Notes under the pieces: model-generated
Database searches by the model: none
What the model was told of the DNA's origin: nothing
Seen by the model: only the letters and a program-made list of their open reading frames with translations
DNA from: Auanema rhodensis
Taxonomy: Eukaryota > Animalia > Nematoda
NCBI GenBank assembly: GCA_964057225.1
Contig: OZ059897.1
Coordinates: 744,001 to 808,000 of the forward strand
Direction of reading: 5' to 3'
DNA: 64,000 bases
Shown: positions 27,899 to 41,500 of the stretch, one piece after another
Layout of the letters: each line of letters starts with the position of its first letter
Position numbering within the stretch: position 1 is the first letter of the stretch
Translations under genes and position numbers: made by a program

Positions 27899-30800
27899 AA
27901 TTTTTGTCAAAATGTTTTTGGAAGCAATGTTGAGTGTACATGGAAACTCAACATACACTAATGCATCATTTTTCAAACAATCATAAATAATTTTTGTATT
28001 GAGCGTTTTTCAATGTAGTATAATGCATTCGATGCGGATTTTTAAGCTGCGTCGATCTGTGTTATCAGATTTGAGTTAGCTTAAAAATGCACCGAGATAT
28101 CAACTGATATATGTTCACACTTATATCCTCGATTTTCACCCTGAAGAATTAATTTTTTCGTTGAAAAACATTGTCCATGGTCTTCGCCTTAAAAAAAGGA
28201 AATTAGAAACATTTACTTTCTGTAAAATTATCTTGAAATTTTTCGGGATAATTTTTGTCAAAATGTTTTTGGAAGCAATGTTGAGTGTACATGGAAACTC
28301 AACATACACTAATGCATCATTTTTCAAACAATCATAAATAATTTTTGTATTGAGCGTTTCTCAATGTTATATAGTGCATTCGATGCGGATTTCTAAGCTG
28401 CGTCGATCTGTGTTATTAGATTTGCGCTAGCTTAAAAATGAACCGAGATATCAACTGATATAAGTTCACACTTATATCCTCGATTTTCACCCTGAAGAAT
28501 TAATTTTTTCGTTGAATAAAATTGTCCATCGTCTTCGCCTTAAGAAAAGGAATCTAAGAACATCTAGTTTTTGTAAAATTATCTTGAAATTTTTCGGGAA
28601 AATTTTTGTCAAAATGTTTTTGGAAGCAATGTTGAGTGTACATGGAAACTCAACATACACTAATGCATCATTTTTCAAACAATCATAAATAATTTTTGTA
28701 TTGAGCGTTTCTCAATGTAGTATAGTGCATTCGATGCGGATTTTCAAGCTGCGTCGATCTGTGTTATCAGATTTGCGCCAGCTTAAAAATGCACCCAGAT
28801 ATCAACTGATATAAATTCACACTTATATCCTCGATTTTCACCCTGAAGAATTAATTTTTTCGTTGAATAACATTGTCCATCGTCTTCGCCTTAAGAAAAG
28901 GAATCTAAAAACATATACTTTTCGTGAAATTATCTTGAAATTTTTCGGGAAAATTTTTGTCAAAATGTTTTTGGAAGCAATGTTGAGTGTACATGGAAAC
29001 TCAACATACACTAATGCATCATTTTTCAAACAATCATAAATAATTTTTGTATTGAGCGTTTCTCAATGTGGTATAGTGCATTCGAAACAAATGTTCAAGC
29101 TGCGTCGATCTGTGTTATCAGATTTGCGCTAGCTTAAAAATGCACCGAGATATCAATTGAAATAAGTTCACACTTATATCCTCGATTTTCACCCTGAAGA
29201 ATTAATTTTTTCGTTGAAAAACATTGTCCATGGTCTTCGCCTTAAAAAAAGGAATCTAAAAATATCTACTTTTTGTAAAATTATCTTGAAATTTTTTGGG
29301 GAAATTTTTGTCAAAATGTTTTTGGAAGCAATGTTGAGTGTACATGGAAACTCAACATACACTAATGCATCATTTTTCAAACAATCATAAATAATTTTTG
29401 TATTGAGCGTTTCTCAATGTTATATAGTGCATTCGATGCGGATTTCTAAGCTGCGTCGATCTGTGTTATTAGATTTGCGCTAGCTTAAAAATGCACCGAG
29501 ATATCAACTGATATAAGTTCACACTTATATCCTCGATTTTCACCCTGAAGAATTAATTTTTTCGTTGAATAACATTGTCCATCGTCTTCGCCTTAAGAAA
29601 AGGAATCTAAAAACATATACTTTTCGTGAAATTATCTTGAAATTTTTCGGGAAAATTTTTGTCAAAATGTTTTTGGAAGCAATGTTGAGTGTACATGGAA
29701 ACTCAACATACACTAATGCATCATTTTTCAAACAATCATAAATAATTTTTGTATTGAGCGTTTCTCAATGTGGTATAGTGCATTCGAAACAAATGTTCAA
29801 GCTGCGTCGATCTGTGTTATCAGATTTGCGCTAGCTTAAAAATGCACCGAGATATCAATTGAAATAAGTTCACACTTATATCCTCGATTTTCACCCTGAA
29901 GAATTAATTTTTTCGTTGAAAAACATTGTCCATGGTCTTCGCCTTAAAAAAAGGAATCTAAAAATATCTACTTTTTGTAAAATTATCTTGAAATTTTTTG
30001 GGGAAATTTTTGTCAAAATGTTTTTGGAAGCAATGTTGAGTGTACATGGAAACTCAACATACACTAATGCATCATTTTTCAAACAATCATAAATAATTTT
30101 TGTATTGAGCGTTTCTCAATGTTATATAGTGCATTCGATGCGGATTTCTAAGCTGCGTCGATCTGTGTTATTAGATTTGCGCTAGCTTAAAAATGCACCG
30201 AGATATCAACTGATATAAGTTCACACTTATATCCTCGATTTTCACCCTGAAGAATTAATTTTTTCGTTGAATAAAATTGTCCATCGTCTTCGCCTTAAGA
30301 AAAGGAATCTAAAAACATATACTTTTCGTGAAATTATCTTGAAATTTTTCGGGAAAATTTTTGTCAAAATGTTTTTGGAAGCAATGTTGAGTGTACATGG
30401 AAACTCAACATACACTAATGCATCATTTTTCAAACAATCATAAATAATTTTTGTATTGAGCGTTTCTCAATGTGGTATAGTGCATTCGAAACAAATGTTC
30501 AAGCTGCGTCGATCTGTGTTATCAGATTTGCGCTAGCTTAAAAATGCACCGAGATATCAATTGAAATAAGTTCACACTTATATCCTCGATTTTCACCCTG
30601 AAGAATTAATTTTTTCGTTGAATAACATTGTCCATCGTCTTCGCCTTAAAAAAAGGAATCTAAAAATATCTACTTTTTGTAAAATTATCTTGAAATTTTT
30701 TGGGGAAATTTTTGTCAAAATGTTTTTGGAAGCAATGTTGAGTGTACATGGAAACTCAACATACACTAATGCATCATTTTTCAAACAATCATAAATAATT

Positions 30801-33800
30801 TTTGTATTGAGCGTTTCTCAATGTAGTATAATGCATTCGATGCGGATTTTTAAGCTGCGTCGATCTGTGTTATCAGATTTGAGTTAGCTTAAAAATGCAC
30901 CGAGATATCAACTGATATAAGTTCACACTTATATCCTCGATTTTCACCCTGAAGAATTAATTTTTTCGTTGAATAACATTGTCCATTGTCTTCGCCTTGA
31001 AAAAAAGAATTTAAAAACATCCAGTTTTTGTAAAATTATCTTGAAATTTTTCGGGAAAATTTTTGTCAAAATGTTTTTGGAAGCAATGTTGAGTGTACAT
31101 GGAAACTCAACATACACTAATGCATCATTTTTCAAACAATCATAAATAATTTTTGTATTGAGCGTTTTTCAATGTAGTATAATGCATTCGATGCGGATTT
31201 TTAAGCTGCGTCGATCTGTGTTATCAGATTTGAGTTAGCTTAAAAATGCACCGAGATATCAACTGATATATGTTCACACTTATATCCTCGATTTTCACCC
31301 TGAAGAATTAATTTTTTCGTTGAAAAACATTGTCCATGGTCTTCGCCTTAAAAAAAGGAAATTAGAAACATTTACTTTCTGTAAAATTATCTTGAAATTT
31401 TTCGGGATAATTTTTGTCAAAATGTTTTTGGAAGCAATGTTGAGTGTACATGGAAACTCAACATACACTAATGCATCATTTTTCAAACAATCATAAATAA
31501 TTTTTGTATTGAGCGTTTCTCAATGTTATATAGTGCATTCGATGCGGATTTCTAAGCTGCGTCGATCTGTGTTATTAGATTTGCGCTAGCTTAAAAATGA
31601 ACCGAGATATCAACTGATATAAGTTCACACTTATATCCTCGATTTTCACCCTGAAGAATTAATTTTTTCGTTGAATAAAATTGTCCATCGTCTTCGCCTT
31701 AAGAAAAGGAATCTAAGAACATCTAGTTTTTGTAAAATTATCTTGAAATTTTTCGGGAAAATTTTTGTCAAAATGTTTTTGGAAGCAATGTTGAGTGTAC
31801 ATGGAAACTCAACATACACTAATGCATCATTTTTCAAACAATCATAAATAATTTTTGTATTGAGCGTTTCTCAATGTAGTATAGTGCATTCGATGCGGAT
31901 TTTCAAGCTGCGTCGATCTGTGTTATCAGATTTGCGCCAGCTTAAAAATGCACCCAGATATCAACTGATATAAATTCACACTTATATCCTCGATTTTCAC
32001 CCTGAAGAATTAATTTTTTCGTTGAATAACATTGTCCATCGTCTTCGCCTTAAGAAAAGGAATCTAAAAACATATACTTTTCGTGAAATTATCTTGAAAT
32101 TTTTCGGGAAAATTTTTGTCAAAATGTTTTTGGAAGCAATGTTGAGTGTACATGGAAACTCAACATACACTAATGCATCATTTTTCAAACAATCATAAAT
32201 AATTTTTGTATTGAGCGTTTCTCAATGTGGTATAGTGCATTCGAAACAAATGTTCAAGCTGCGTCGATCTGTGTTATCAGATTTGCGCTAGCTTAAAAAT
32301 GCACCGAGATATCAATTGAAATAAGTTCACACTTATATCCTCGATTTTCACCCTGAAGAATTAATTTTTTCGTTGAATAACATTGTCCATCGTCTTCGCC
32401 TTAAAAAAAGGAATCTAAAAATATCTACTTTTTGTAAAATTATCTTGAAATTTTTTGGGGAAATTTTTGTCAAAATGTTTTTGGAAGCAATGTTGAGTGT
32501 ACATGGAAACTCAACATACACTAATGCATCATTTTTCAAACAATCATAAATAATTTTTGTATTGAGCGTTTCTCAATGTAGTATAGTGCATTCGAAACGG
32601 ATTTTTAAGCTGCGTCGATCTGTGTTATCAGATTTGCGCTAGCTTAAAAATGCACCGAGATATCAACTGATATAAGTTCACACTTATATCCTCGATTTTC
32701 ACCCTGAAGAATTAATTTTTTCGTTGAATAACATTGTCCATCGTTTTCGCCTTGAAAAAAGGAATCTAAAAACATCTACTCTTCGTTAAATTATCTTGAA
32801 AATTTTCGGGAAAATTTTTGTCAAAATGTTTTTGGAAGCAATGTTGAGTGTACATGGAAACTCAACACACACTAATGCATCTTTTTTCAAACAATCATAA
32901 ATAATTTTTGTATTGAGCGTTTATCAATGTAGTATAGTGCATTCGATGCGGATTTTCAAGCTGCGTCGATCTGTGTTATCAGATTTGCGCCAGCTTAAAA
33001 ATGCACCCAGATATCAACTGATATAAATTCACACTTATATCCTCGATTTTCACCCTGAAGAATTAATTTTTTCGTTGAATAACATTGTCCATCGTCTTCG
33101 CCTTAAGAAAAGGAATCTAAAAACATATACTTTTCGTGAAATTATCTTGAAATTTTTCGGGATAATTTTTGTCAAAATGTTTTTGGAAGCAATGTTGAGT
33201 GTACATGGAAACTCAACATACACTAATGCATCATTTTTCAAACAATCATAAATAATTTTTGTATTGAGCGTTTTTCAATGTAGTATAATGCATTCGATGC
33301 GGATTTTTAAGCTGCGTCGATCTGTGTTATCAGATTTGAGTTAGCTTAAAAATGCACCGAGATATCAACTGATATATGTTCACACTTATATCCTCGATTT
33401 TCACCCTGAAGAATTAATTTTTTCGTTGAAAAACATTGTCCATGGTCTTCGCCTTAAAAAAAGGAAATTAGAAACATTTACTTTCTGTAAAATTATCTTG
33501 AAATTTTTCGGGATAATTTTTGTCAAAATGTTTTTGGAAGCAATGTTGAGTGTACATGGAAACTCAACATACACTAATGCATCATTTTTCAAACAATCAT
33601 AAATAATTTTTGTATTGAGCGTTTCTCAATGTTATATAGTGCATTCGATGCGGATTTCTAAGCTGCGTCGATCTGTGTTATTAGATTTGCGCTAGCTTAA
33701 AAATGAACCGAGATATCAACTGATATAAGTTCACACTTATATCCTCGATTTTCACCCTGAAGAATTAATTTTTTCGTTGAATAAAATTGTCCATCGTCTT

Positions 33801-36800
33801 CGCCTTAAGAAAAGGAATCTAAGAACATCTAGTTTTTGTAAAATTATCTTGAAATTTTTCGGGAAAATTTTTGTCAAAATGTTTTTGGAAGCAATGTTGA
33901 GTGTACATGGAAACTCAACATACACTAATGCATCATTTTTCAAACAATCATAAATAATTTTTGTATTGAGCGTTTCTCAATGTAGTATAGTGCATTCGAT
34001 GCGGATTTTCAAGCTGCGTCGATCTGTGTTATCAGATTTGCGCCAGCTTAAAAATGCACCCAGATATCAACTGATATAAATTCACACTTATATCCTCGAT
34101 TTTCACCCTGAAGAATTAATTTTTTCGTTGAATAACATTGTCCATCGTCTTCGCCTTAAGAAAAGGAATCTAAAAACATATACTTTTCGTGAAATTATCT
34201 TGAAATTTTTCGGGAAAATTTTTGTCAAAATGTTTTTGGAAGCAATGTTGAGTGTACATGGAAACTCAACATACACTAATGCATCATTTTTCAAACAATC
34301 ATAAATAATTTTTGTATTGAGCGTTTCTCAATGTGGTATAGTGCATTCGAAACAAATGTTCAAGCTGCGTCGATCTGTGTTATCAGATTTGCGCTAGCTT
34401 AAAAATGCACCGAGATATCAATTGAAATAAGTTCACACTTATATCCTCGATTTTCACCCTGAAGAATTAATTTTTTCGTTGAAAAACATTGTCCATGGTC
34501 TTCGCCTTAAAAAAAGGAATCTAAAAATATCTACTTTTTGTAAAATTATCTTGAAATTTTTTGGGGAAATTTTTGTCAAAATGTTTTTGGAAGCAATGTT
34601 GAGTGTACATGGAAACTCAACATACACTAATGCATCATTTTTCAAACAATCATAAATAATTTTTGTATTGAGCGTTTCTCAATGTTATATAGTGCATTCG
34701 ATGCGGATTTCTAAGCTGCGTCGATCTGTGTTATTAGATTTGCGCTAGCTTAAAAATGCACCGAGATATCAACTGATATAAGTTCACACTTATATCCTCG
34801 ATTTTCACCCTGAAGAATTAATTTTTTCGTTGAATAACATTGTCCATCGTCTTCGCCTTAAGAAAAGGAATCTAAAAACATATACTTTTCGTGAAATTAT
34901 CTTGAAATTTTTCGGGAAAATTTTTGTCAAAATGTTTTTGGAAGCAATGTTGAGTGTACATGGAAACTCAACATACACTAATGCATCATTTTTCAAACAA
35001 TCATAAATAATTTTTGTATTGAGCGTTTCTCAATGTGGTATAGTGCATTCGAAACAAATGTTCAAGCTGCGTCGATCTGTGTTATCAGATTTGCGCTAGC
35101 TTAAAAATGCACCGAGATATCAATTGAAATAAGTTCACACTTATATCCTCGATTTTCACCCTGAAGAATTAATTTTTTCGTTGAAAAACATTGTCCATGG
35201 TCTTCGCCTTAAAAAAAGGAATCTAAAAATATCTACTTTTTGTAAAATTATCTTGAAATTTTTTGGGGAAATTTTTGTCAAAATGTTTTTGGAAGCAATG
35301 TTGAGTGTACATGGAAACTCAACATACACTAATGCATCATTTTTCAAACAATCATAAATAATTTTTGTATTGAGCGTTTCTCAATGTTATATAGTGCATT
35401 CGATGCGGATTTCTAAGCTGCGTCGATCTGTGTTATTAGATTTGCGCTAGCTTAAAAATGCACCGAGATATCAACTGATATAAGTTCACACTTATATCCT
35501 CGATTTTCACCCTGAAGAATTAATTTTTTCGTTGAATAAAATTGTCCATCGTCTTCGCCTTAAGAAAAGGAATCTAAAAACATATACTTTTCGTGAAATT
35601 ATCTTGAAATTTTTCGGGAAAATTTTTGTCAAAATGTTTTTGGAAGCAATGTTGAGTGTACATGGAAACTCAACATACACTAATGCATCATTTTTCAAAC
35701 AATCATAAATAATTTTTGTATTGAGCGTTTCTCAATGTGGTATAGTGCATTCGAAACAAATGTTCAAGCTGCGTCGATCTGTGTTATCAGATTTGCGCTA
35801 GCTTAAAAATGCACCGAGATATCAATTGAAATAAGTTCACACTTATATCCTCGATTTTCACCCTGAAGAATTAATTTTTTCGTTGAATAACATTGTCCAT
35901 CGTCTTCGCCTTAAAAAAAGGAATCTAAAAATATCTACTTTTTGTAAAATTATCTTGAAATTTTTTGGGGAAATTTTTGTCAAAATGTTTTTGGAAGCAA
36001 TGTTGAGTGTACATGGAAACTCAACATACACTAATGCATCATTTTTCAAACAATCATAAATAATTTTTGTATTGAGCGTTTCTCAATGTAGTATAATGCA
36101 TTCGATGCGGATTTTTAAGCTGCGTCGATCTGTGTTATCAGATTTGAGTTAGCTTAAAAATGCACCGAGATATCAACTGATATAAGTTCACACTTATATC
36201 CTCGATTTTCACCCTGAAGAATTAATTTTTTCGTTGAATAACATTGTCCATTGTCTTCGCCTTGAAAAAAAGAATTTAAAAACATCCAGTTTTTGTAAAA
36301 TTATCTTGAAATTTTTCGGGAAAATTTTTGTCAAAATGTTTTTGGAAGCAATGTTGAGTGTACATGGAAACTCAACATACACTAATGCATCATTTTTCAA
36401 ACAATCATAAATAATTTTTGTATTGAGCGTTTTTCAATGTAGTATAATGCATTCGATGCGGATTTTTAAGCTGCGTCGATCTGTGTTATCAGATTTGAGT
36501 TAGCTTAAAAATGCACCGAGATATCAACTGATATATGTTCACACTTATATCCTCGATTTTCACCCTGAAGAATTAATTTTTTCGTTGAAAAACATTGTCC
36601 ATGGTCTTCGCCTTAAAAAAAGGAAATTAGAAACATTTACTTTCTGTAAAATTATCTTGAAATTTTTCGGGATAATTTTTGTCAAAATGTTTTTGGAAGC
36701 AATGTTGAGTGTACATGGAAACTCAACATACACTAATGCATCATTTTTCAAACAATCATAAATAATTTTTGTATTGAGCGTTTCTCAATGTTATATAGTG

Positions 36801-38538
36801 CATTCGATGCGGATTTCTAAGCTGCGTCGATCTGTGTTATTAGATTTGCGCTAGCTTAAAAATGAACCGAGATATCAACTGATATAAGTTCACACTTATA
36901 TCCTCGATTTTCACCCTGAAGAATTAATTTTTTCGTTGAATAAAATTGTCCATCGTCTTCGCCTTAAGAAAAGGAATCTAAGAACATCTAGTTTTTGTAA
37001 AATTATCTTGAAATTTTTCGGGAAAATTTTTGTCAAAATGTTTTTGGAAGCAATGTTGAGTGTACATGGAAACTCAACATACACTAATGCATCATTTTTC
37101 AAACAATCATAAATAATTTTTGTATTGAGCGTTTCTCAATGTAGTATAGTGCATTCGATGCGGATTTTCAAGCTGCGTCGATCTGTGTTATCAGATTTGC
37201 GCCAGCTTAAAAATGCACCCAGATATCAACTGATATAAATTCACACTTATATCCTCGATTTTCACCCTGAAGAATTAATTTTTTCGTTGAATAACATTGT
37301 CCATCGTCTTCGCCTTAAGAAAAGGAATCTAAAAACATATACTTTTCGTGAAATTATCTTGAAATTTTTCGGGAAAATTTTTGTCAAAATGTTTTTGGAA
37401 GCAATGTTGAGTGTACATGGAAACTCAACATACACTAATGCATCATTTTTCAAACAATCATAAATAATTTTTGTATTGAGCGTTTCTCAATGTGGTATAG
37501 TGCATTCGAAACAAATGTTCAAGCTGCGTCGATCTGTGTTATCAGATTTGCGCTAGCTTAAAAATGCACCGAGATATCAATTGAAATAAGTTCACACTTA
37601 TATCCTCGATTTTCACCCTGAAGAATTAATTTTTTCGTTGAATAACATTGTCCATCGTCTTCGCCTTAAAAAAAGGAATCTAAAAATATCTACTTTTTGT
37701 AAAATTATCTTGAAATTTTTTGGGGAAATTTTTGTCAAAATGTTTTTGGAAGCAATGTTGAGTGTACATGGAAACTCAACATACACTAATGCATCATTTT
37801 TCAAACAATCATAAATAATTTTTGTATTGAGCGTTTCTCAATGTAGTATAGTGCATTCGAAACGGATTTTTAAGCTGCGTCGATCTGTGTTATCAGATTT
37901 GCGCTAGCTTAAAAATGCACCGAGATATCAACTGATATAAGTTCACACTTATATCCTCGATTTTCACCCTGAAGAATTAATTTTTTCGTTGAATAACATT
38001 GTCCATCGTTTTCGCCTTGAAAAAAGGAATCTAAAAACATCTACTCTTCGTTAAATTATCTTGAAAATTTTCGGGAAAATTTTTGTCAAAATGTTTTTGG
38101 AAGCAATGTTGAGTGTACATGGAAACTCAACACACACTAATGCATCTTTTTTCAAACAATCATAAATAATTTTTGTATTGAGCGTTTATCAATGTAGTAT
38201 AGTGCATTCGATGCGGATTTTCAAGCTGCGTCGATCTGTGTTATCAGATTTGCGCCAGCTTAAAAATGCACCCAGATATCAACTGATATAAATTCACACT
38301 TATATCCTCGATTTTCACCCTGAAGAATTAATTTTTTCGTTGAATAACATTGTCCATCGTCTTCGCCTTAAGAAAAGGAATCTAAAAACATATACTTTTC
38401 GTGAAATTATCTTGAAATTTTTCGGGATAATTTTTGTCAAAATGTTTTTGGAAGCAATGTTGAGTGTACATGGAAACTCAACATACACTAATGCATCATT
38501 TTTCAAACAATCATAAATAATTTTTGTATTGAGCGTTT
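27899..38538 (-). repeat. 15-monomer (5265-bp) tandem higher-order duplication
   Basis: The series of monomer types 28136..33050 is repeated in order at 33401..38315 (offset 5265), including the stop-carrying monomer at ~32700/~37965 and AATTTAAAAACATCCAG at ~31009/~36274. Confidence 0.92.
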
Positions 38539-41500
38539 CTCAATGTTATATAGTGCATTCGATGCGGATTTCTAAGCTGCGTCGATCTGTGTTATTAGAT
38601 TTGCGCTAGCTTAAAAATGAACCGAGATATCAACTGATATAAGTTCACACTTATATCCTCGATTTTCACCCTGAAGAATTAATTTTTTCGTTGAATAAAA
38701 TTGTCCATCGTCTTCGCCTTAAGAAAAGGAATCTAAGAACATCTAGTTTTTGTAAAATTATCTTGAAATTTTTCGGGAAAATTTTTGTCAAAATGTTTTT
38801 GGAAGCAATGTTGAGTGTACATGGAAACTCAACATACACTAATGCATCATTTTTCAAACAATCATAAATAATTTTTGTATTGAGCGTTTCTCAATGTAGT
38901 ATAGTGCATTCGATGCGGATTTTCAAGCTGCGTCGATCTGTGTTATCAGATTTGCGCCAGCTTAAAAATGCACCCAGATATCAACTGATATAAATTCACA
39001 CTTATATCCTCGATTTTCACCCTGAAGAATTAATTTTTTCGTTGAATAACATTGTCCATCGTCTTCGCCTTAAGAAAAGGAATCTAAAAACATATACTTT
39101 TCGTGAAATTATCTTGAAATTTTTCGGGAAAATTTTTGTCAAAATGTTTTTGGAAGCAATGTTGAGTGTACATGGAAACTCAACATACACTAATGCATCA
39201 TTTTTCAAACAATCATAAATAATTTTTGTATTGAGCGTTTCTCAATGTGGTATAGTGCATTCGAAACAAATGTTCAAGCTGCGTCGATCTGTGTTATCAG
39301 ATTTGCGCTAGCTTAAAAATGCACCGAGATATCAATTGAAATAAGTTCACACTTATATCCTCGATTTTCACCCTGAAGAATTAATTTTTTCGTTGAATAA
39401 CATTGTCCATCGTCTTCGCCTTAAAAAAAGGAATCTAAAAATATCTACTTTTTGTAAAATTATCTTGAAATTTTTTGGGGAAATTTTTGTCAAAATGTTT
39501 TTGGAAGCAATGTTGAGTGTACATGGAAACTCAACATACACTAATGCATCATTTTTCAAACAATCATAAATAATTTTTGTATTGAGCGTTTCTCAATGTA
39601 GTATAGTGCATTCGAAACGGATTTTTAAGCTGCGTCGATCTGTGTTATCAGATTTGCGCTAGCTTAAAAATGCACCGAGATATCAACTGATATAAGTTCA
39701 CACTTATATCCTCGATTTTCACCCTGAAGAATTAATTTTTTCGTTGAATAACATTGTCCATCGTTTTCGCCTTGAAAAAAGGAATCTAAAAACATCTACT
39801 CTTCGTTAAATTATCTTGAAAATTTTCGGGAAAATTTTTGTCAAAATGTTTTTGGAAGCAATGTTGAGTGTACATGGAAACTCAACACACACTAATGCAT
39901 CTTTTTTCAAACAATCATAAATAATTTTTGTATTGAGCGTTTATCAATGTAGTATAGTGCATTCGATGCGGAATTTTAAGCTGCGTCGATCTGTGTTATC
40001 AGATTTGCGCTAGCTTAAAAATGCACCGAGATATCAACTGATATAAGTTCACACTTATATCCTCGATTTTCACCCTAAAGAATTAATTTTTTCGTTGAAT
40101 AAAATTGTCCATCGTCTTTGCCTTGAGAAAAGGAATCTAAGAACATCTAGTTTTTGTAAAAATATCTTGAAAATTTTCGGGAAAATTTTTGTCAAAATGT
40201 TTTTGGAAGCAATGTTGAGTGTACATGGAAACTCAACATACACTAATGCATCATTTTTCAAACAATCATAAATAATTTTTGTATTGAGCGTTTCTCAATG
40301 TTATATAGTGCATTCGATGCGGATTTTTAAGCTGCGTCGATCTGTGTTATCAGATTTGAGTTAGATTAAAAATGCACCGAGATATCAACTGATATAAGTT
40401 CACACTTATATCCTCGATTTTCACCCTAAAGAATTAATTTTTTCGTTGAATAAAATTGTCCATCGTCTTTGCCTTGAGAAAAGGAATCTAAGAACATCTA
40501 GTTTTTGTAAAAATATCTTGAAAATTTTCGGGAAAATTTTTGTCAAAATGTTTTTGGAAGCAATGTTGAGTGTACATGGAAACTCAACATACACTAATGC
40601 ATCATTTTTCAAACAATCATAAATAATTTTTGTATTGAGCGTTTCTCAATGTAGTATAGTGCATTCGAAACGGATTTTTAAGCTGCGTCGATCTGTGTTA
40701 TCAGATTTGCGCTAGCTTAAAAATGCACCGAGATATCAACTGATATAAGTTCACACTTATATCCTCGATTTTCACCCTGAAGAATTAATTTTTTCGTTGA
40801 ATAAAATTGTCCATCGTCTTTGCCTTGAGAAAAGGAATCTAAGAACATCTAGTTTATGTAAAAATATCTTGAAATTTTTCGGGAAAATTTTTGTCAAAAT
40901 GTTTTTGGAAGCAATGTTGAGTGTACATGGAAACTCAACATACACTAATGCATCATTTTTCAAACAATCATAAATAATTTTTGTATTGAGCGTTATTCAA
41001 TGTAGTATAATGCATTCGATGCGGATTTTTAAGCTGCGTCGATCTGTGTTATCAGATTTGAGTTAGCTTAAAAATGCACCGAGATATCAACTGATATAAG
41101 TTCACACTTATATCCTCGATTTTCACCCTGAAGAATTAATTTTTTCGTTGAAAAACATTGTCCATGGTCTTCGCCTTGAGAAAAGGAATCTAAGAACATC
41201 TAGTTTTTGTAAAATTATCTTGAAATTTTTCGGGAAAATTTTTGTCAAAATGTTTTTGGAAGCAATGTTGAGTGTACATGGAAACTCAACATACACTAAT
41301 GCATCATTTTTCAAACAATCATAAATAATTTTTGTATTGAGCGTTTCTCAATGTAGTATAATGCATTCGATGCGGATTTTTAAGCTGCGTCGATCTGTGT
41401 TATCAGATTTGAGTTAGCTTAAAAATGCACCGAGATATCAACTGATATAAGTTCACACTTATATCCTCGATTTTCACCCTGAAGAATTAATTTTTTCGTT

